33,809 bases of DNA from an uncultured Nitrososphaeraceae archaeon (lineage in GTDB: Archaea; Thermoproteota; Nitrososphaeria; Nitrososphaerales; Nitrososphaeraceae). This document shows, in pieces, positions 10,875 through 20,950 of the stretch (position 1 is its first letter; every line of letters starts with the position of its first letter). Both the position numbers and the translations under genes were made by a program. The notes beneath the pieces are model-generated. The model had not been told where the DNA came from. It saw only the letters and a list, made by a program, of their open reading frames with translations, and searched no databases. The stretch lies in NCBI GenBank assembly GCA_963765895.1, contig CAVXZB010000043.1, forward strand, positions 1 to 33,809. The letters run 5' to 3'.

Positions 10875-11732
10875 ATGGAGCATTATCATAAATCATCTCT
10901 AAAACTACTCTTCATATCTATCTTGATTCTAATAGTAATTGCTAATTCCATTATATTACTTTCGGATCCATTTAACCGAACCTACACAGCTCTTTGGATG
11001 ATGAATATATCTGCAGCAGTAGCCTCAAGTATGGGCATTATTGCGATATATAGATACGGAATTCGTGATCTTCACGGTAAATCAATTATGTGTGTAACAA
11101 TAGGACTGATCTTCTGGTTCGCTGCAGATCTCTCACTACTACACTCACACTATACTCATGGTAAAGAAGAAATGCTTGTATCCTCAACAGATGGCTTATG
11201 GTTTATGGGTTACATATTCCTAGCGCTACATTTGTCTATTATCCTTCGATCATTGAGAAACGAAAGAAATACCTACGGTCCTTCTAGTAGAACTCAAACA
11301 AAAATTGTTATCATCATTATCGTTATAATAGCAACTGCATTCGTCACTTTCAATATGTTAGCAATTTCATTGTCAGAATCCTTTACAAATCCGGAAGAAC
11401 CGGTAGATTTTCAGGCCCTAATTGTAACTATCGCGTATCCAGTTTTGGACTTGATATTGATCGTTCCCTCTATTTTGATACTTATTACATTGCGAAATGA
11501 CATACGTCATTACGTTCCATGGCTTCTTTCTTCGTTATCCTTACTGTTAAGTGCGATAGCCGATGATGGATACGTTATAGATTATGTGAATGGAAATTTC
11601 AGGCATTTAGTATTCTGGGATTTATTCTACGTAACCGACTTTATAATCATGGCAGGGGCTTTATTTTGGTATAACAGATATCATATAATTTCCGATAAAA
11701 AATCCTCAAGGACCATGGAAGTCGAACCATAA
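10875..11732 (+). CDS. Multi-pass membrane protein (about 8 TM), sensor-like domain with no output domain
   Basis: Repeated hydrophobic helices with GLIFWFAAD, STDGLWFMGY and AYPVLDL, motifs resembling membrane input domains of signalling proteins. Confidence 0.75.
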   Translation: MEHYHKSSLKLLFISILILIVIANSIILLSDPFNRTYTALWMMNISAAVASSMGIIAIYRYGIRDLHGKSIMCVTIGLIFWFAADLSLLHSHYTHGKEEMLVSSTDGLWFMGYIFLALHLSIILRSLRNERNTYGPSSRTQTKIVIIIIVIIATAFVTFNMLAISLSESFTNPEEPVDFQALIVTIAYPVLDLILIVPSILILITLRNDIRHYVPWLLSSLSLLLSAIADDGYVIDYVNGNFRHLVFWDLFYVTDFIIMAGALFWYNRYHIISDKKSSRTMEVEP

Positions 11733-12168
11733 CAAAATGGAAGAATAAGAGAGGCGAAAAGGGAGGAAGTAGGTAATATGTTGAAGAGTAACTTGGGAAG
11801 ATTACGGCGATTCTTTTATAGATTAAAATATGGCCTCAATTAGTATTTTATAGTCCTTGTTTTCTATTCTTGTTATGCCATGTAATATCAAACTTAGATG
11901 CACTTTCTATTAAGTGGGTAGTTAGCCGTACACACTATGAATAACTGTGATTTACAAGAGTATTTAGTATTCCCAGTCCTCAGAACGGGATTTAAAGTAA
12001 TTATAGAAAACTAACTAATGAGTAGATCAAAGATTCAATGTTTGTTGTAGTCTATATTAATTTCCAAATATTATTATTTCATTATTTCCTAATTAACATC
12101 ATGCTCTAGGCACACGTAAATGCATCCGAGTTTTTCGGGCAGCATACATTGTACAAATATAAAAAGAT

Positions 12169-12426
12169 TTACTTCAGGGTTATTGGAGTCAATTCTTCCA
12201 TATTGTTGAAGATCTGTAATAATCTTATTCCTTTAGAAGTCGTCCTATATGTATTCTGTCCGTCCTCATACTCCAACAGATCGTTTTCGATTAACACCAT
12301 CAAATATTCCTTTAATTGTCCGAAGGACAAGAACGCTTTGTACATTATCTTTGATTTTGTCGCTGCTCCTCCATTAGCAGCTTCCAAAATCAAATGAACT
12401 ATGTCAGTTCTACTTCTGTATTTCAT
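12169..12426 (-). CDS. Winged helix-turn-helix protein (HTH_45 / ArnR1-like)
   Basis: MKYRSRTDIV..IL...ATKSKIMYKAFLS..QLKEYL..L...LL......YRTTSKG is the typical archaeal small wHTH pattern. Confidence 0.9.
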   Translation of the reverse strand: MKYRSRTDIVHLILEAANGGAATKSKIMYKAFLSFGQLKEYLMVLIENDLLEYEDGQNTYRTTSKGIRLLQIFNNMEELTPITLK

Positions 12427-13004
12427 ATTGTGAAGATTAGTAAAAGTTTAAAGTATTTATGATGATCCAATATTAGTACTAAAATTTAAGTTAGGTCATG
12501 TTAGATAGTATTGTTTTGCTATATTCCGATTTGTAAATATTCATAGAAACAAGTATTCATTCTACTAGAATCAATATCCATTTTAATAACAGACATTAAA
12601 GATTCGCATTCAAATCCATCTCATAGCTGAGATGCTGTAGTAATTTCTAATTACAACTTTCAAATTTCACGTGATCAATATAGTTGAGTCCTGTAAAACA
12701 ATTCACGTCTTAGTCTGAGTTGGTCAGTTAAATTGAGGTGCTACTGCAAAAATTTCCAAATTTTTAGAACGGACATACCCTAAATATACGAATGGAAAGT
12801 ATTGCACATTATAGAAGATATTGTGATAGCAAATCAGAAATGAATTCTATATTTAGAAGATCACATTTCAATTGGAATTCGTGACACAGGATTATTATTC
12901 TTAGACCAAGTAACGTAATTATCGATCTTAATACCTTCTTCTTAAGAATAAGGCCAAAAAACATAATTATGGAATCGATAGAAATCCCCTATTAGATCTA
13001 GATA

Positions 13005-14244
13005 ATGGTGATTGGGGAATTGACTGCTAAACCTAAAATACCTACTATAGATGATATATTTAAAGCCAGAGATCTATTTGATGACAGTATAAGGAAAACA
13101 CCATTACAGAGATCAGCTACCTTTTCGAAGCTTATAGGAACCAATGTTTTTTTAAAACTTGAATCATTGCAAATGACAGGTTCGTTTAAAGTTAGGGGTG
13201 CATATGTTAAGTTAAATACGTTAGCAGATGAAAAGCGAAAAAAGGGTGTTATAGCTGCATCTGCTGGCAATCATGCACAGGGAGTAGCATATGCTGCATT
13301 AAGAAAGGGCGTTTCATGCACTATCGTGATGCCCAAAAACGCTTCACCTGCTAAAATAGGCAGCAACAAGATCGTACGGCGCAGAAGTGATCTTACGTGG
13401 TATGAACTATGATGAATCGTGGGTTGCTGCACAAGACATTGCAGGTAGGGATCGCACAATTATACATGCTTTTGATGATGAACAGGTAATAGCTGGACAG
13501 GGAACAATAGGTTTGGAGATATTGGAAGATCTAAATGATATTGACCAAATCTACCTGCCAATAGGAGGCGGTGGTCTGGCAGCTGGCATTGCGATTGCAG
13601 TAAAATCGCGAAGACCAGACATAAAGATCATAGGGGTAGAATCTAAAGCATTTCCTGCCATGAAACAATCACTTATGAAGGGTTCTTTACAGAAAATCGA
13701 AGCTGGATTCACTATCGCAGATGGTATTTCTGTGAAATGTCCTGGTGAGCTTACGTATAAGATAGCCTCAAAATATTTAGATGATATAGTATTAGTTGAA
13801 GATTCTGCAATAGTTAGAACAATGTTTTTGTTAATGGAGAGGATGAAATTAGTGGTAGAGCCTGCTGGCGCAGCTAGTCTAGCATACTTACTCTCAAATG
13901 GCCATCATGATAATAACAGAAATATTGTTTCAATCTTATCTGGTGGAAACGTAGATATGTACTTGCTTGGACAGGTTGTAACGAAAGGTCTTATGCAGAT
14001 GGGCAGAATGCTAAAGATCTTTATTCAATTGCCAGACAAACCTGGGGCTTTAAAGACCGTAGTTGATGGCATCGCTGAACTAAGCCTCAATATTGTCGAA
14101 GTAGAACATGATAGATTGAGCTCCAATGTTTCGGCTGGTAGCGCAGGAGTTTATTTGAGCCTCGAGATGGAAAACGAAAGCCATGCAAAGAGGTTAATCG
14201 AATTTCTGAAACAAAAAGGAATAGAGTTTCGAGTAGTCAGTTAA
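13005..14244 (+). CDS. ilvA: Threonine ammonia-lyase with one C-terminal ACT domain (one +1 frameshift near 13360)
   Basis: KLESLQMTGSFKVRG (PLP Lys), ASAGNHAQGVA, AGQGTIGLE, PIGGGGL, VVEPAGA, LSGGNVD, ACT start LPDKPGAL. Removing one G restores AKIAATRSYGAEVIL. Confidence 0.92.
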
Positions 14245-14662
14245 GGTATACAAGATGGCCTGGCAATTATAGATTTGTGGCTAATCTTAGGATTTGTTAT
14301 ATGGCAGAGAATCATTTGTGTAAATGACCGCAATTGTGAGAATTGACTTGATCCGATCCCGTGTCAATTTTGATAATCGCAGGTGGACCAGATTAGCACT
14401 AGCTTTTCCAATATAACATGGCAAAAAATTTAGTAAGAATATAAAATCGAAAATTAACATAGACTAATTATTGATCTATTGGATTGATTGACAATTCTTG
14501 ATAGAAATTGTAGATGTCCAGAGGCAAAACATGGTCATTTTTTGGCTGACATTCCCAAGATAAAAATAACAATGAGATTGAGGAATTCATTCCCCCCTCC
14601 GTCTCCATTAGTTACTCTATGTGTTATCTACGCAGCAAGGAGAGGAATGATCGATCTCATAG

Positions 14663-14914
14663 ATGCATGAATATTTTACAGAGTATCCTCCGCTCTCGTA
14701 TAGAGTATGTGTTGACTGTGAGAAGCGAACTCCTCACATTTGTTTAAAGTGTAATTATTGCTTTTCATGTCACTACAAGGTGGAGCGATTAGAGAAAAAT
14801 AAAAAAGTAGGACAGTTAACAGTTTCCCACAAACAAGAGAAATCACATGCGCCTCATGGTAATATTCCAAAACATGAAGTCAAATTTGTTACGTACAAGC
14901 TCAAAAAAAAGTAA
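14663..14914 (+). CDS. Small Cys/His-rich putative zinc-binding protein
   Basis: CVDC-x5-H-x-CLKC-x2-CFSCH (6 Cys, 2 His). Confidence 0.7.
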   Translation: MHEYFTEYPPLSYRVCVDCEKRTPHICLKCNYCFSCHYKVERLEKNKKVGQLTVSHKQEKSHAPHGNIPKHEVKFVTYKLKKK

Positions 14915-15096
14915 TCGGTTAGAATACGATTCACATTATAAAGATAGTCAACCATGGAACAACTGAATAAGTAAAGTGTTCGAAATAATACTTTGGTTTA
15001 ATTTCCATTATGTAAAAACATACTCGGTTATGATGCAAATTACCAGAAAATTGATATTAAAAAATTGAGGAAATGGCCTTGAGGATCACATATCCT

Positions 15097-15651
15097 TTAA
15101 TCTACTTTCACATCGGTACCGATTGATTTAGACGAGGTGGCAGTCAACTGTTTTGTCTTTACTTTCAGTTCTAATATTCCGTTGATATAGGAGGCTTTTG
15201 CAGATTTATCATCCAATTCAACGTCTACTGGGATTTCATTGTGGTACCTTTTTTCTCCCTTCTCGGCATGTATTGATACATTCTTTGGAGTAATACTAAT
15301 CTTAATGCCTTCCTTACTGACTCCTGGCATCTCTGCTGTTATGATTATTTGATTGTTCTTCTTATCCAGAGAATAGTCCACCAATGCTTCCCTGCTTTCC
15401 TTATGCTTCACTAAACCCTTGACTGATGGTCTGACATTGCCAAATTCTTCGATATGAGGCTTGCCATCGGGTCCTACTGTGATCTGATATCCATAATAAT
15501 ACGAGGAGGGACTATCTTGTGCCGAGATGTTTTCTAGCATACTTCTAAACATTCTACCCATCGTCTCTTCTGTCCTAGCAAATTCCCGGTCCATTTCCTC
15601 AAAAATTGAACCGAATCCACCAAATTTCCACGGAGATATGTTACCTGTCAT
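15097..15651 (-). CDS. hsp20: Archaeal small heat-shock protein Hsp20
   Basis: YYYGYQITVGPDGKPHIEEFGNVRP, AEMPGVSKEGI, AKASYINGILEL and a C-terminal VxV motif. Confidence 0.95.
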   Translation of the reverse strand: MTGNISPWKFGGFGSIFEEMDREFARTEETMGRMFRSMLENISAQDSPSSYYYGYQITVGPDGKPHIEEFGNVRPSVKGLVKHKESREALVDYSLDKKNNQIIITAEMPGVSKEGIKISITPKNVSIHAEKGEKRYHNEIPVDVELDDKSAKASYINGILELKVKTKQLTATSSKSIGTDVKVD

Positions 15652-15682
15652 TACATAGTGTAATGCCTATTACATATATAAA
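15649..15682 (-). promoter_or_regulatory. hsp20 promoter: TATA box plus palindrome over the start
   Basis: TTTATATA on the minus strand (15675-15682), 24 nt upstream of the ATG. Perfect inverted repeat CATTACA-TAG-TGTAATG (15649-15665). Confidence 0.55.
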
Positions 15683-15742
15683 TGTACATAACTAATGGAT
15701 AAGCTTAATACTTCGATATTCCAATATAATTTGATTCAAGTC

Positions 15743-16591
15743 ATGTCATTCCTAAATCGCTCTATGACTATCACCCAAGCCATACGACACGTACTATCGA
15801 CCAATGAAATTTATCTTCGTGCTCTCCAACTCGGTATTGCGAACTATACCGCGCTGGCAGAAAGAATCAAATCAGAAGTTGAGGGACTAGTAGGCTCTAC
15901 TGTCAATTTAGGTACAGTAATTGTGGTGATAAAACGATTAGCTGATTCAATAGAAAACGAAAGACAGGACAGTCAACATGGACATCTGCATCATATTGAT
16001 GAAAAACAGGCAGACGGAGTTCAAAGAAATAGTACTCAGCAAACCCTCGCCAAACAAAATGAAACTTTATTTAATGGTGCAAGAATGTCCCTAACCGATA
16101 GTATTGTTGATATAGGTCTGTTCGGTATCGACGTTGAAGACAAGTTTTTTAATGACGAGATTTCTGAGATGCTGGAAGAAATTCTTGAGAAGGAAGCAAG
16201 GTATAGTTTGTTTCAGACTAATAAACACTTGAGATTATTTGCTGAAGACATCACCGAGGTAAGAAAATTGATTTCTGTTGTCTCTAGCAAATTTAGCCAT
16301 AGAATCAACGAAGGTCTTTCTCGCATAAGTATTACTTTACCATCTACCTCTCGTGCTAGTGATAATGACAAGAATGATGATTCTTACTTAATTGACACTA
16401 ATGGGATAGAAGACAACGAGCATCTTAAACGTAATCCGTATAATATAATGTCCAAGATATTAAATATCCTCTATAACAACAATATTCCATTGCATGATGC
16501 CTTTCTTACTTCTAATGAAATCGTATTAATAATGAGAAATAAGGATGCTGCAAGAGCATACGAAATAATTAGGTCGAATATATCATGCTAA
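15743..16591 (+). CDS. ACT-like domain protein (aspartate-kinase-regulatory-like, N-terminal helical domain)
   Basis: LRALQLGIANYTALAERI...TVIVVIKR at the N-terminus. ACT-like C-terminus LSRISITL...ILYNNNIPLHDAFLTSNEIVLIM..KDAARAYEII. ATG 15743 preferred over 15695. Confidence 0.75.
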   Translation: MSFLNRSMTITQAIRHVLSTNEIYLRALQLGIANYTALAERIKSEVEGLVGSTVNLGTVIVVIKRLADSIENERQDSQHGHLHHIDEKQADGVQRNSTQQTLAKQNETLFNGARMSLTDSIVDIGLFGIDVEDKFFNDEISEMLEEILEKEARYSLFQTNKHLRLFAEDITEVRKLISVVSSKFSHRINEGLSRISITLPSTSRASDNDKNDDSYLIDTNGIEDNEHLKRNPYNIMSKILNILYNNNIPLHDAFLTSNEIVLIMRNKDAARAYEIIRSNISC

Positions 16592-16761
16592 TTTTTTATA
16601 GTTGATTATCGGGATTATTCTACTTTCGACGACCAAGAACAGCTATCCTTCATGTAGCTGTCTTATTAGCTGCACATGTTTAACGGGTAAAAGTAAATTA
16701 GTTAAATCAAATAAGAGAATGGAAGACACACAGGTTTGAGGATGGAGGATTAATAAAAAGC

Positions 16762-17831
16762 GTGAGTTATCAAGTTCTCAATGGTAATTGTTATGATATA
16801 TTGAGAAATCTATTGAATAATCCAAAGTGAACTAGGAAAGTATAGGCTAATCGTAACTTCTCCACCGTATTACGGACACAGACATTACGGAATGGATCCA
16901 AGCGAAATAGGGCAAGAACAAACTGATGAGATTTTTATTGAGAAGCTAGCCGATATCTTTGCGATTTGTAGAGAGCTTTTAACAGAAGACGGGAGTTTGT
17001 GGATAGTGATAGGTGACACGCGACACAGGTATAGAAAATTGCTAATACCACATCGACTTGCTCTCAAATTAACTCAAAGGCGATATACAATAAGAGAAGA
17101 TATAATTTGGTTCAAGAAAAATAATGTTTCATCTAGCTCAACAGCTAACTTTTCACAGGCCTATGAACTAGTGTTGTTTTTGTCGAAGAACGAAAAAAGC
17201 TTCTCTAATATGAATAGCATCAGGATACAGGGAAATGAAGCTAGAGAGGGAAGAAACAAAGCTACCACCTCGGGATATGATCCAATATGAATCATCAAAT
17301 CAAGACAAGGACAAAATTAAGAAGATCAAACAAATTATTCATAATTCACAGTCAGATACACCGTTTAACGAACTTCCTACAACTGTCGACATAGCTCGCG
17401 CTTATGGATATGATCCAGAGAAATTTTGCCCCACCTGTTATCGTAAGTTTAAGCGTCATGCAACGCGCAAGCGAATAGGCGATCATAGGCATTATCCTAT
17501 ATTTGCTGTATGCAATCCAACAGGTAAAAATCCAGGAAATGTTTGGGAAATTTCTACCAAAGCTCATCATGGCAATGAGCATTTTGCAATATTTCCAGAA
17601 GATTTAATAGCGAATATAATCAAGTTTTCTACCCAAAGAGGAGATTGGGTTTTAGATCCCTTCGTAGGGAGAGGAACAACTGGAATGGTTTCTGTTCTTC
17701 TTGGACGGAATTTTTTAGGAATAGACCTCTATCGAGAGAACGTTGTGAAAGCAAAAAAGAATATATCCGACACCATAACTGGCAAAAATACGCTTAAATC
17801 AGACACACGGTTAGTTGATACTTCAGCATAG
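16762..17831 (+). CDS. Site-specific DNA methyltransferase, beta class N4/N6 (SPPY), two +1 frameshifts
   Basis: QVLNGNC, IVTSPPYY, GSLWIVIGD, IIWFK, GNVWEI, HFAIFPEDL, VLDPFVGRGTT, FLGIDL. Frame breaks near 16825 and 17261. Start GTG 16762 follows GGAGG and is tentative. Confidence 0.88.
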
Positions 17832-18248
17832 AATATCCATTCATTCCTTGGAATTATATCCTAATATGCCTATGATATTATGTAATTGTGGATCTGATAG
17901 ATAGTCAAGAAGGACTTGATATATTTTGTTATAAACCTTTTGCCTTTCAGCAATAACTATAAAATTATATTAACATAACTTTTAAATTAATATGTGATCT
18001 AGATATTTACAATATTTCAATAGCTGTTGTAAGATGGTAACAAATAAACAAATTATTATATTCTAGTTTGTGAACAAGATATCTTCAAGTCTATGCACAG
18101 TATGTCTAAAAATGTCAAGGATGCCATCTTTTTTCAGTAATAGAATTTACTTTTCATATATATGACGTTACTATTGAATGCAACACCCAAAAATCCTATA
18201 TTCGATATTTTTAATATTAGACTAGGTTGATAAATGATTGATTAACTT

Positions 18249-18285
18249 AACAATGTTAGGCCACTCAAGTCAGTGGCTAATTGTT
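18249..18285 (-). terminator. Hairpin directly downstream of the minus-strand gene run
   Basis: AACAA..TTAG-GCCACT-CAAGTC-AGTGGC-TAA-TTGTT inverted repeat, about 12 nt past the stop of ORF 18297-19307. Confidence 0.4.
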
Positions 18286-18296
18286 GATACGAACAC

Positions 18297-19307
18297 TTAT
18301 CGCCAACGCAGAATTTTACATTGAGTTACCATAGACCTACGTATACTGTATGTAGTTATAAAAGGAGTAACTATAAGCAGCGGTATGCTGACTGCTAAAA
18401 GTAGCACATAAAATGTCGATGCAACGACAGCCAATGACGAACTAAGTGATCCAAATATGGCCCCAAAAATGAAGAGTGATGCACAGCTAGGACAGGCGGT
18501 AAATAGACCCATGATTGATGCAAACGATCCTAACAGTATATTGCTTGATCTATTCCTTTGTAATTTTCTATCCCTTAGTCCATGCGCCAATGAAAAAGAA
18601 GAGAGCATTACATTAAAACCTACCAGCCCAGAAACTATTATAAGAATTAGAATATTTATCGGAATTAGCATTATTCCAAAGTTATTAGTGAGATAAATTG
18701 ATATCGATGGTATATATCCAATCGGTCCATATGCCATTGTTGTTGCAGAAGGTGTTGTAGTAACATCGTACAAATATGAAAATCCTTGAGGACGGTAGAT
18801 GATAGTACCTGATATCATAGAAAAGAAAAATCCATAACTCATAGCTGATATAAGGAAAATTACCAAATATTTTCTATCATTAAGTATACTGTTCATTATC
18901 GATAAAATTGATTGTTGGCCTATAAAACTGAAAGTATAACCATCATCGCCAGTCATAGATATGGCATCAGAATTTTCTTTGGTGATTAATTGGTTATCTT
19001 GATATATTTTATTTTTATTTCTCAATTTCTCATGATCGAATGAGGATGATGATTGTCTATTTCTATCTGAACTTGATCTCAGATTTTTTTGTCTTCTGGA
19101 TATAATCCCAATACAGGCAAGGATTAACACAATTGATGCTGTTAACACCAGATAAAAGAGGTAACTTGTTTGTTGTATGGAGTATGCACTTTGGCTAGTT
19201 ATTATTTTTGGAACCATAAACGGATATAATATGAACATTAAAATAATTAAGATACTTGCAGATACTATCGAAGCGACCGATAAAGCATTTGTACGGTTAG
19301 AAGGCAT
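18297..19307 (-). CDS. Multi-pass membrane protein with ACPSC (CxxC) motif
   Basis: About 6-7 hydrophobic helices. GLFTACPSCASLF lies within a hydrophobic stretch. Confidence 0.75.
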   Translation of the reverse strand: MPSNRTNALSVASIVSASILIILMFILYPFMVPKIITSQSAYSIQQTSYLFYLVLTASIVLILACIGIISRRQKNLRSSSDRNRQSSSSFDHEKLRNKNKIYQDNQLITKENSDAISMTGDDGYTFSFIGQQSILSIMNSILNDRKYLVIFLISAMSYGFFFSMISGTIIYRPQGFSYLYDVTTTPSATTMAYGPIGYIPSISIYLTNNFGIMLIPINILILIIVSGLVGFNVMLSSFSLAHGLRDRKLQRNRSSNILLGSFASIMGLFTACPSCASLFIFGAIFGSLSSSLAVVASTFYVLLLAVSIPLLIVTPFITTYSIRRSMVTQCKILRWR

Positions 19308-19379
19308 TGACGTGCCTCTTATTAGCTACATACAAAGATAGACAACAAAACATGTATAACGAGGGATATCTGTCTTTAC

Positions 19380-19940
19380 TTAACATACGTGTACAGCTGA
19401 TAATAACGCTTTGCAACCAGTAGTATTTGTATTGATTGTAGATGCGTTGCTTGTAGAGTTATTGGTTTGGTTAGTATTCTCAGTATTATTGTTTATGGGA
19501 TAAGAAGTCGGTGGATAAGACGCCGGATGTTTTCCTGGGGTAGATATCCCGCTTGCTGATATTGGAGCACTAGCATTTTGTTTAGTAAATGCGGAAGCGG
19601 CAGTTACATTCTGTGCTATTTGTGATCTGTCAATTGAAGTAGAAATCTTATTGTTTGATGCATTATTTACAACTGTAGTCATAGTGTTATTGGAATTCGG
19701 TGGAATCTTTGTATTACCAATGAACGTAGTCAAATTTCCATTAGGGACATTCATCTGCGCATACGCCGCATTCGTTTGTGCATAGCCTCCTCCTGTTACT
19801 ATGCCATCTATCGTTGATAATGACTTGGATTCCTGCTCAAAAGTGACACCTAATCCAACTAGAGTAACTATGATGATGACTAATGATGTACCTACTACTA
19901 ATGAAATCTTTTTGTTGTCTTTTTTATTTTTATTTCTCAT
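19380..19940 (-). CDS. Exported Asn/Thr/Ser-rich protein
   Basis: Basic N-terminus plus hydrophobic helix, about 10 NxS/T sequons, C-terminal C-x9-C. Preceded by AGGAGGT RBS. Confidence 0.7.
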   Translation of the reverse strand: MRNKNKKDNKKISLVVGTSLVIIIVTLVGLGVTFEQESKSLSTIDGIVTGGGYAQTNAAYAQMNVPNGNLTTFIGNTKIPPNSNNTMTTVVNNASNNKISTSIDRSQIAQNVTAASAFTKQNASAPISASGISTPGKHPASYPPTSYPINNNTENTNQTNNSTSNASTINTNTTGCKALLSAVHVC

Positions 19941-19978
19941 TTTTTAATTTACCTCCTGTTATCATTATGTGTATATGG

Positions 19979-20950
19979 CTATGCATGTACAATTAATTTT
20001 CCTACCATGTTGAAGTGGTTTTCGACAGCAGCGCCGGGAGAGGAACAAAATGAGGTGCATCTGAAGGTAAATGTCCCAGGTTTATCTGCAAGAAATTCCA
20101 CTAATTGTTGTGTACCTTTTGTGAGAAATACATTGACGTTATATCCTTCTATACCAAACCCATGTCCATTGTACAATTCGACCTCATCCTGAGCAGTTAC
20201 AAAGTGTAATCTCACCAAGTCTCCTTTGTTTACACTAATAACGTTTGGTGTAAATTTCCACGATTCGGCTTTTATTGGTATATCCTTGACATGTGCGGCA
20301 GCAACGTTAGATACTAACCCAGGAGAAGATGATGATAATTGGGCCCCAGGTTGTGGCTTTTGTACTACAACATCAAAGTTTTCTTCTCTGATTACCTTTG
20401 GTTCAATAATAAAGTTGGGAGAACCAGTTTGTTGTCCCAATATCAGGTCTATGTTATATATTCCTTCAGACGGAAAGACGTATTCAAACTGTATAACACC
20501 ACCATGGCCATGATTATTGGGAAAAACTAGTATGGGCTGTCCTTTAGGATCGGTAATTTGGATACGCATATCCGTATGCCATAACCAAGTACGGCTTGCA
20601 GTGTCAAATAAATTGAATACAAAAAGGGCAGGCTTTCCAGCCACTGGTGATTTGGGTAATTGAGCCATATCCAGAATATATGGATCAAGGTGATATTCTC
20701 TAATGATTGCCTTATCTGGAGTAAACATTCTTTTTGCATCAGGTATTGGATAGTCTGCTGCAGGCTGTGCAAATGCAGTATGATGTAAATGTTGTTGCTG
20801 CTGCTGTAACAGATCAACATTACCTGTACGAAATAGTCCCCAATTAGTCATACCAAAAAAAGATAACGTGCCTAGTACTACTACTGTAAATCCAAACGAC
20901 ACCAAAGCAATAAAATACAGGTTTTCTTTATTGTAAAAAGTATTTCGCAT
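19979..20950 (-). CDS. Exported two-domain protein: His-rich Ig-like (YtkA/FixH-like) domain plus CuA-type cupredoxin domain
   Basis: N-terminal TM/signal. WHTDM..ITDPKG...HGHGG..FEYVFPSEGIY. C-terminal FTPNVISVNKGDLVRLHF...HGFGI...EFLADKPGTFTFRCTSFC-x9-HFNMVGKLIV. Confidence 0.85.
   Translation of the reverse strand: MRNTFYNKENLYFIALVSFGFTVVVLGTLSFFGMTNWGLFRTGNVDLLQQQQQHLHHTAFAQPAADYPIPDAKRMFTPDKAIIREYHLDPYILDMAQLPKSPVAGKPALFVFNLFDTASRTWLWHTDMRIQITDPKGQPILVFPNNHGHGGVIQFEYVFPSEGIYNIDLILGQQTGSPNFIIEPKVIREENFDVVVQKPQPGAQLSSSSPGLVSNVAAAHVKDIPIKAESWKFTPNVISVNKGDLVRLHFVTAQDEVELYNGHGFGIEGYNVNVFLTKGTQQLVEFLADKPGTFTFRCTSFCSSPGAAVENHFNMVGKLIVHA

Noticed and set aside
13340-13390. Programmed ribosomal frameshift in ilvA
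   Set aside because: No slippery heptamer. It fits the window-wide single-insertion error pattern.
14759-14773. CFSCH as a c-type heme attachment motif
   Set aside because: No signal peptide, part of a larger Cys/His cluster, and no cytochrome c maturation genes seen. Zn binding is more parsimonious.
19979-20950. Calling the CuA protein nosZ or coxB
   Set aside because: It lacks the NosZ CuZ propeller and the two-TM CoxB architecture, and there are no nos or oxidase neighbours.
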